This document shows positions 59,691 through 64,000 of a DNA stretch of 64,000 bases, piece by piece. The DNA comes from Capsulimonadaceae bacterium. GTDB taxonomy: Bacteria; Armatimonadota; Armatimonadia; Armatimonadales; Capsulimonadaceae. Below the pieces are notes generated by a model. It ran no database searches and had not been told where the DNA came from. It saw only the letters and a program-made list of their open reading frames with translations. The stretch spans positions 4,224,001 through 4,288,000 of the forward strand of contig OZ244065.1 in the NCBI GenBank assembly GCA_965215505.1. The letters run 5' to 3'. The first letter of the stretch is position 1. Every line of letters begins with the position of its first letter. A program made the position numbers and the translations under genes.

Positions 59691-60230
59691 TCAGGTGTTG
59701 TCGCTCATCGTCGCGTCCTGCGAGGTGGTCGTCGCGCCCTTTGCCGCTGCGCTGTCGTCGTGGAACAGGTAGTTAGACGACTCGGGATCGAGCGCGCCGC
59801 TCGGCGTCTGCGCGACGAGCTGGGCGAAATGGTCCAGGTCGTGCTGGAGCTTCTGCTCGAAGTGCTTGCCCGCGCCCAGCTTTTCGCCCGCGTCACCCAG
59901 GACGCCCGCTGGCGGGTCGTAGCTGAGGCTGACGTTCACCTTGGTCTGGCTATCACCGACCGGCTCGAACGTCACGACACCATGGTTCGTCATGCCGCTG
60001 GTCGAGCGCCAGCCGATCTGCTTGCCCTCGATCCAGTTCTCGTTCACGGCGTCCCATTCGTGCGTCCCGACCACGTCGGCGACCCAGTGGCTGGTCTGGC
60101 TGTCCTTATAGGTCACTTCCTTAATATAGGACATGAACTTCGGGAAGTCGTTGAAGTGGGAAAAAAGGTGGTAGACCTGGGTGGGCGAGGCATTGATCGT
60201 CACGGCCGCGGTGTGCGTATATTCCGCCAT
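59691..60230 (-). CDS. SRPBCC/polyketide cyclase family protein
   Basis: FPKFM, SHWVA, IGWRS, SYDPPAG. Confidence 0.85.
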   Translation of the reverse strand: MAEYTHTAAVTINASPTQVYHLFSHFNDFPKFMSYIKEVTYKDSQTSHWVADVVGTHEWDAVNENWIEGKQIGWRSTSGMTNHGVVTFEPVGDSQTKVNVSLSYDPPAGVLGDAGEKLGAGKHFEQKLQHDLDHFAQLVAQTPSGALDPESSNYLFHDDSAAAKGATTTSQDATMSDNT

Positions 60231-60299
60231 TGTTCTGCGTTTCCTTTCGGGAAAAGGTCTTTAGTACGTTAGCATCAAGTTACCCAGATGGGCACGGTT

Positions 60300-61319
60300 T
60301 TATGCACGCGCGCGCCGCGACGCCGCCCAGAGCGCCGCCCCCAGGGCTAGGACGCCCAGCAGACGCGCCCGGCTCGGGTGCAGGCCGAAGGCCCTGGTAT
60401 AGAGGCTGACCGACCTCGACTGCTTGCCGTAGCTGCCCGCCACCTTCCCCGGACCGGGGACCGGACCGTCCATGTTGTCCGGCGCGTTGTCGCCCGGCTC
60501 GTCCCACTTCTGCTGCATTTTGTAGAGCGTCCGTGCCATGAGCCGGTCGGTGATGTCGGGGGCGATGCTTTCCAAAACCGCCAGGGCCTTGCTCGCACTG
60601 CCGACGTAGATGTCCCGACGGGGGTGCGCGGCGGCGAACACGATGGCTTCGGCCACCGCCCCGGCCTCATAGACCGGCGGCATGGCCCTGGGGCGGACAC
60701 CCATACGCGACCGGGCGTTGTCATAGAACGGCGTGTTGATGGCGGCGGGCAGGATCAAAGTCGCATGGATGTCCGGGTAGTCGTGCTTCAGCTCCATCCG
60801 TAAGGCCTCGGTGAAGCCTTTGACGCCCGCCTTGGAGGTGCAGTAGGTCCCTTGCAAAGGAATGGACCGGACGCCAAGCCCTGACCCGACGTTGATGATC
60901 GTTCCCACCCCCTGCCGCTTCATGACCGGCAGGGCGGCCTTGACTCCGTACATGGTGCCGAGCAGGTTGACCTGGATGATGCGCTCCATGTCCGCCACGG
61001 GCAGGTCTTCCAGGGTCGCGTACTCGCTGATGCCGGCGTTGTTGACCCAGGTGTCTATGCGTCCGAACCGCGCGACCGCCGCAGAGGCCAGGTGCGCCAC
61101 CTGCTCCCAGAGCGCGACATCGGTCACGACGACCAGCGCCGCCCCGCCTCGCGCCCGCACCTGTCCGGCGACTTCTTCCAGGGCCTCCCCGTTGCGGGCG
61201 GCCAGGACGACCGATGCGCCCTCCGCCCCAAACCGCAAGGCCGCCTCGCGCCCGATGCCCGACGACGCGCCGGTGATGACGACCACCTGCTCCTTCAACT
61301 CCCTCAATGGCTTTGCCAA
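60300..61319 (-). CDS. SDR family oxidoreductase
   Basis: TGASSGIG, NNAG, YCTSK. Confidence 0.93.
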   Translation of the reverse strand: MAKPLRELKEQVVVITGASSGIGREAALRFGAEGASVVLAARNGEALEEVAGQVRARGGAALVVVTDVALWEQVAHLASAAVARFGRIDTWVNNAGISEYATLEDLPVADMERIIQVNLLGTMYGVKAALPVMKRQGVGTIINVGSGLGVRSIPLQGTYCTSKAGVKGFTEALRMELKHDYPDIHATLILPAAINTPFYDNARSRMGVRPRAMPPVYEAGAVAEAIVFAAAHPRRDIYVGSASKALAVLESIAPDITDRLMARTLYKMQQKWDEPGDNAPDNMDGPVPGPGKVAGSYGKQSRSVSLYTRAFGLHPSRARLLGVLALGAALWAASRRARA

Positions 61320-61332
61320 CTCGCTGTCCGTT

Positions 61333-61827
61333 CTAAGCCTTGTCGGCGTCGGCGGGCAGCCCCGTCAGCGAGTTCGGGGCGTCCAGGTTCGCGCCGTCGT
61401 CCACGCCGACGCCCAGCCGGTCCACCATCTCGCCGCCGAGCCAGCCGGTGACGCCGGCAAGGCCGAAGCCCAAAAGCGACAGCGCGAACGGCAGGCCGCC
61501 CGGCTTGGCCGGATCGGACCTCCGCAAAGCCCAGCTCGCGCCGAACAGGCCCAGGACGGCGGCATTGCCCAGGCCATGCACCTGTCCCACGCTGCGTGCC
61601 CGCGTTCCCTTCGGGATGAACAGCCAGTCCCACGTCCCGAAGGGCGCGGCGACCAGCCCGCCGACGACGCCCGCCCCGGTCATCGCCAGACCCACCTCCC
61701 CCTGCTTCGGGTTCTTGGTCAGCAGGTGCAGCGTGTCAAAAATGACTGCCGTGGACAGCAGGCCTAGCGGGAAGGTAATCAAAATGGTGTGGGCGGGGTG
61801 CCCGAAAATCTTGCTGTGGCTCTCCAT
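61333..61827 (-). CDS. DUF2231 membrane protein
   Basis: GHP.H..L..FP, G..DW, HG.GN, GWLGGEMV...GVGV. Confidence 0.8.
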   Translation of the reverse strand: MESHSKIFGHPAHTILITFPLGLLSTAVIFDTLHLLTKNPKQGEVGLAMTGAGVVGGLVAAPFGTWDWLFIPKGTRARSVGQVHGLGNAAVLGLFGASWALRRSDPAKPGGLPFALSLLGFGLAGVTGWLGGEMVDRLGVGVDDGANLDAPNSLTGLPADADKA

Positions 61828-61831
61828 CGTC

Positions 61832-62173
61832 TTACTCTTTCAAGGGGTCGTGGCCCCAGTTCATCAGCGAGTAGCGCCAGTGCGTTTCCTTGACGTCGCC
61901 CGCCGGGCGCTGGGCGAGGTGCCGGTGGACGTAGCTGACCACCTTGTGCATGTGCGCGGTGTCTTCTTCCGAATAGTCGGCCTTCTTCTTGTGCAGGATC
62001 TCGATGATGTGCCGGCCCGATTGATGCCCGGTGGATTCGCCCTTGCCGTCTTCCTTCTGGCCGACTTCTTTTGACTCCTCGGTTTCCAGCCACTTCTCGA
62101 TCTGGGCCGCCGTCATGTTCACCGCCTCGTGGAAGTCCTTGATGACGGCCTCATTACCTTGTTCCGCCATCAT
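61832..62173 (-). CDS. DUF3140 protein
   Basis: VNMT...WL.T.ES, GES.GH.SGR, WRYSLMNWGHDP; ATGA overlap with the upstream gene. Confidence 0.85.
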   Translation of the reverse strand: MMAEQGNEAVIKDFHEAVNMTAAQIEKWLETEESKEVGQKEDGKGESTGHQSGRHIIEILHKKKADYSEEDTAHMHKVVSYVHRHLAQRPAGDVKETHWRYSLMNWGHDPLKE

Positions 62174-62385
62174 TTGCCTTCCTTCTTCAGCTCGTCCGGC
62201 TTGTGCGCGGCCTCTTTGCCAGACTTGTCCGACTTGACCAGGTACTCCGGGTTTTCTTCCGAGGCTTTGACTTCGTGACTCTTGATCTGCGTCGGGGCGG
62301 TCAGCTTCTTCTCGACCATGCCCTCGGTTTCGCCCTGCGGCGTGTCCCACTTGACGTGGTCGCCTTTCTTCAGATCGTCCGCCAT
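62170..62385 (-). CDS. DUF2945/HVA1-family small protein
   Basis: GDHVKW.T.QG.T.G, ASEENPEY.VKSDKSG..AAHK. Confidence 0.85.
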   Translation of the reverse strand: MADDLKKGDHVKWDTPQGETEGMVEKKLTAPTQIKSHEVKASEENPEYLVKSDKSGKEAAHKPDELKKEGK

Positions 62386-62404
62386 CGTCGTTCGTCCTTC
62401 TAAG

Positions 62405-62432
62405 AAAAAGCCCCACGGCAACGCCGTGGGGC
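62405..62432 (-). terminator. Intrinsic terminator
   Basis: GCCCCACGGC-GTT-GCCGTGGGGC-TTTTT. Confidence 0.7.
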
Positions 62433-62448
62433 CTCCTCCGTCCCGTCA

Positions 62449-63045
62449 CTACATGTTCTTGCCGCTCATATCGGTGGGCATGAGGGCAGGCTTGAGCTTG
62501 GGCATCATGGTCGAGTGGACGCCGAGGTTGGAGCCGACCTGAAAGATCATCTTGGTGTGGTCCTCGATGTTCGGCAGGTTCTTGGCGGCGAACGCGGTCA
62601 CGTCCTTGTCCTGTCCGGTGGCGATCTCCGTCTGGAACAGCTTCACGGTGTCGGCGTGGGCCGCCTCCTGCGACGCCATGTAGGCCTTGTCGAAGGCCTT
62701 GCCGGAGAGGCCCGACAGCTTGGCAATAATTGCCTTGTGCTTGGGGTCGGTGTCCGAGGGCAACGCAATGCCCTTGTCCTGGGCGACGGTCTTCAACTCG
62801 GCATTAGCCGCCGAATGCTCCTTGACCATGCGCTTGGCGACCATCATCACCTGCTTGTTCTGGGTCTTGTTCAAAGCCATTGAACTGGACTTGACCTCAA
62901 AAATGCCGCCCTGGGCAGCCTTCATGGAGAACAGCTTGTCCATGCCCGCCGGGGCGGGATCTTTCTTCGTGGTCGTCTGCGCCGAGGCGGCACCCGCCAG
63001 CGCCATTCCTGCGGCGGCAAGAGCCGCCATCTTCTTGTTAATCAC
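62449..63045 (-). CDS. DUF4142 secreted protein
   Basis: Signal peptide; AAQGG.FEV..S.MAL, M..EH..AN.EL, FDKAYM, LP.I..H; start GTG 63045 or ATG 63030. Confidence 0.85.
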   Translation of the reverse strand: MINKKMAALAAAGMALAGAASAQTTTKKDPAPAGMDKLFSMKAAQGGIFEVKSSSMALNKTQNKQVMMVAKRMVKEHSAANAELKTVAQDKGIALPSDTDPKHKAIIAKLSGLSGKAFDKAYMASQEAAHADTVKLFQTEIATGQDKDVTAFAAKNLPNIEDHTKMIFQVGSNLGVHSTMMPKLKPALMPTDMSGKNM

Positions 63046-63135
63046 GGTTATGAACCCTGACCTTCCTAAGTGTTGTCTTGTGTTTTCTACCGTGAATTTT
63101 ACCGTTTCCGGCCCCCGGTTAAACATGGCAGACAC

Positions 63136-63171
63136 AAAAACAGCCGGCGGCAGATTCCCTGCCGCCGGCTG
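63136..63171 (-). terminator. Intrinsic terminator
   Basis: CAGCCGGCGGCAG-loop-CTGCCGCCGGCTG-TTTTT. Confidence 0.8.
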
Positions 63172-63183
63172 AAATGGAAGGAG

Positions 63184-63957
63184 TTACTGGGCCGGCGTCG
63201 GGGCGGGCGTCGTCCCGGCACCCATCCCCGTACCCGTCGCCGCCCCGCCGGCCGTGCCGGTCGCGGTGCCGCCGGTTGTGGTGCCGCCGGTCGTGGTGCC
63301 GCCGGTCGTGGCCGCCCCGCCCATCGAGGCGTCCGGCGACATGGCCATGCCCGCCATCGGCGGGGTGGACGGGCGGAACTTCATCGCCATCACGCCGACG
63401 CCCGAGGCCGCGCCGTAGATCATGGCCGTGTGGCCCACGATGCTCGGCAGGTACTTGGTCGCGTAGGCCTTCACGTCCGGGTCCTGCCCGGACGCGATCT
63501 CCTGCTGGAACAGGGCGATCGTGTTCTCGTGGTCATCCACCTGCGCGCCCATGTACATCTGGTCGAACTTGGTGCCGGACGTCTTGGCGAGTGCCGCGCT
63601 GACGACCTGGTGGGTCGGGCCGACGGTCGGCGGCAGTGTCACGCCCTTCTGCTGCGCGAGCTGCGTCAGATCGGTCTGGGCCTGTCCGTGTTCCTGAATC
63701 ATCCGCTGCGCGACCTGCTTGACCTCGCCGTTGCCGGCCTTCTTGAGTGCCATCTGGCTGGTCATCACCTCGGCCATGTTGCCGTCGGCGGCCCGGACGA
63801 CGAACAGCTTGTCCGCCGCGCTCAGAGTCCCGCCCGTGCTGCTCATCGTTCCCGCCGTGCCGGCCGCTGCCGTGCCCGTGGTGTCCTGCGCGAAGCCCGG
63901 CAGCGCGAGACCCGCCAGGGCCGCCGCCGCCAGCAGAGTTGTGGTGGTATTTCTCAT
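63184..63957 (-). CDS. DUF4142 secreted protein with Thr/Gly-rich tail
   Basis: Signal peptide; DKLFV..AA.G.MAEV, FDQMYM..QV..H. Confidence 0.85.
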   Translation of the reverse strand: MRNTTTTLLAAAALAGLALPGFAQDTTGTAAAGTAGTMSSTGGTLSAADKLFVVRAADGNMAEVMTSQMALKKAGNGEVKQVAQRMIQEHGQAQTDLTQLAQQKGVTLPPTVGPTHQVVSAALAKTSGTKFDQMYMGAQVDDHENTIALFQQEIASGQDPDVKAYATKYLPSIVGHTAMIYGAASGVGVMAMKFRPSTPPMAGMAMSPDASMGGAATTGGTTTGGTTTGGTATGTAGGAATGTGMGAGTTPAPTPAQ

Positions 63958-64000
63958 CGTGTTGCTTCTTTCTAGGGTGCGCCCGAGGCGGAAGAAAAAA

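Noticed and set aside
63190-63330. TTGG-encoding tandem repeats as a separate repeat element
   Set aside because: Low-complexity Thr/Gly tail within the DUF4142 CDS

Overview
High-GC bacterial window. The PVPEASTVV-type PEP-CTERM tail is reminiscent of Armatimonadota, but that is inference only. From left to right: (1) the end of an APC amino-acid permease. (2) A minus-strand cluster (924-5828) of an HprK-related kinase, a PEP-CTERM protein, a PqqD/RRE protein fused to a Tat-like leader and a Cys-rich tail, a paralog of the PEP-CTERM protein carrying that same Cys-rich tail in place of PEP-CTERM, and an NTP_transf_5 nucleotidyltransferase. (3) An O-antigen-ligase-like gene plus a small Ser/Thr-rich secreted protein. 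(4) A ~28 kb minus-strand polysaccharide locus (8662-36728) with Wza, Wzc, a Wzy/WaaL-like protein, Wzm/Wzt, about 17 glycosyltransferase-like genes, acyl/acetyl/methyl-transferases and a low-GC cassette. (5) A split CbiX chelatase, an M13 peptidase, an Rhs remnant and an orphan immunity-like gene. (6) A degenerate HD-GYP/GAF/GGDEF gene followed by three tandem S8 peptidases with C-terminal xxWG repeats. The first two peptidases are each preceded by tandem GEMM-I riboswitches, where the first aptamer has G20 (c-di-GMP type) and the second has A20 (3',3'-cGAMP type). (7) mfd, a secreted glycoside-hydrolase-like protein, an ankyrin protein, a REPIN-like element, a PAS-PAS-GGDEF protein and a general-stress-type gene cluster. 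The two best candidates for an undescribed system are the RRE/kinase/NTase cluster with its shared, selectively conserved ...PGPRGKCVDRTGR C-terminal module, and the mixed G20/A20 tandem-riboswitch-controlled subtilase array. No rRNA, tRNA or CRISPR array was seen.
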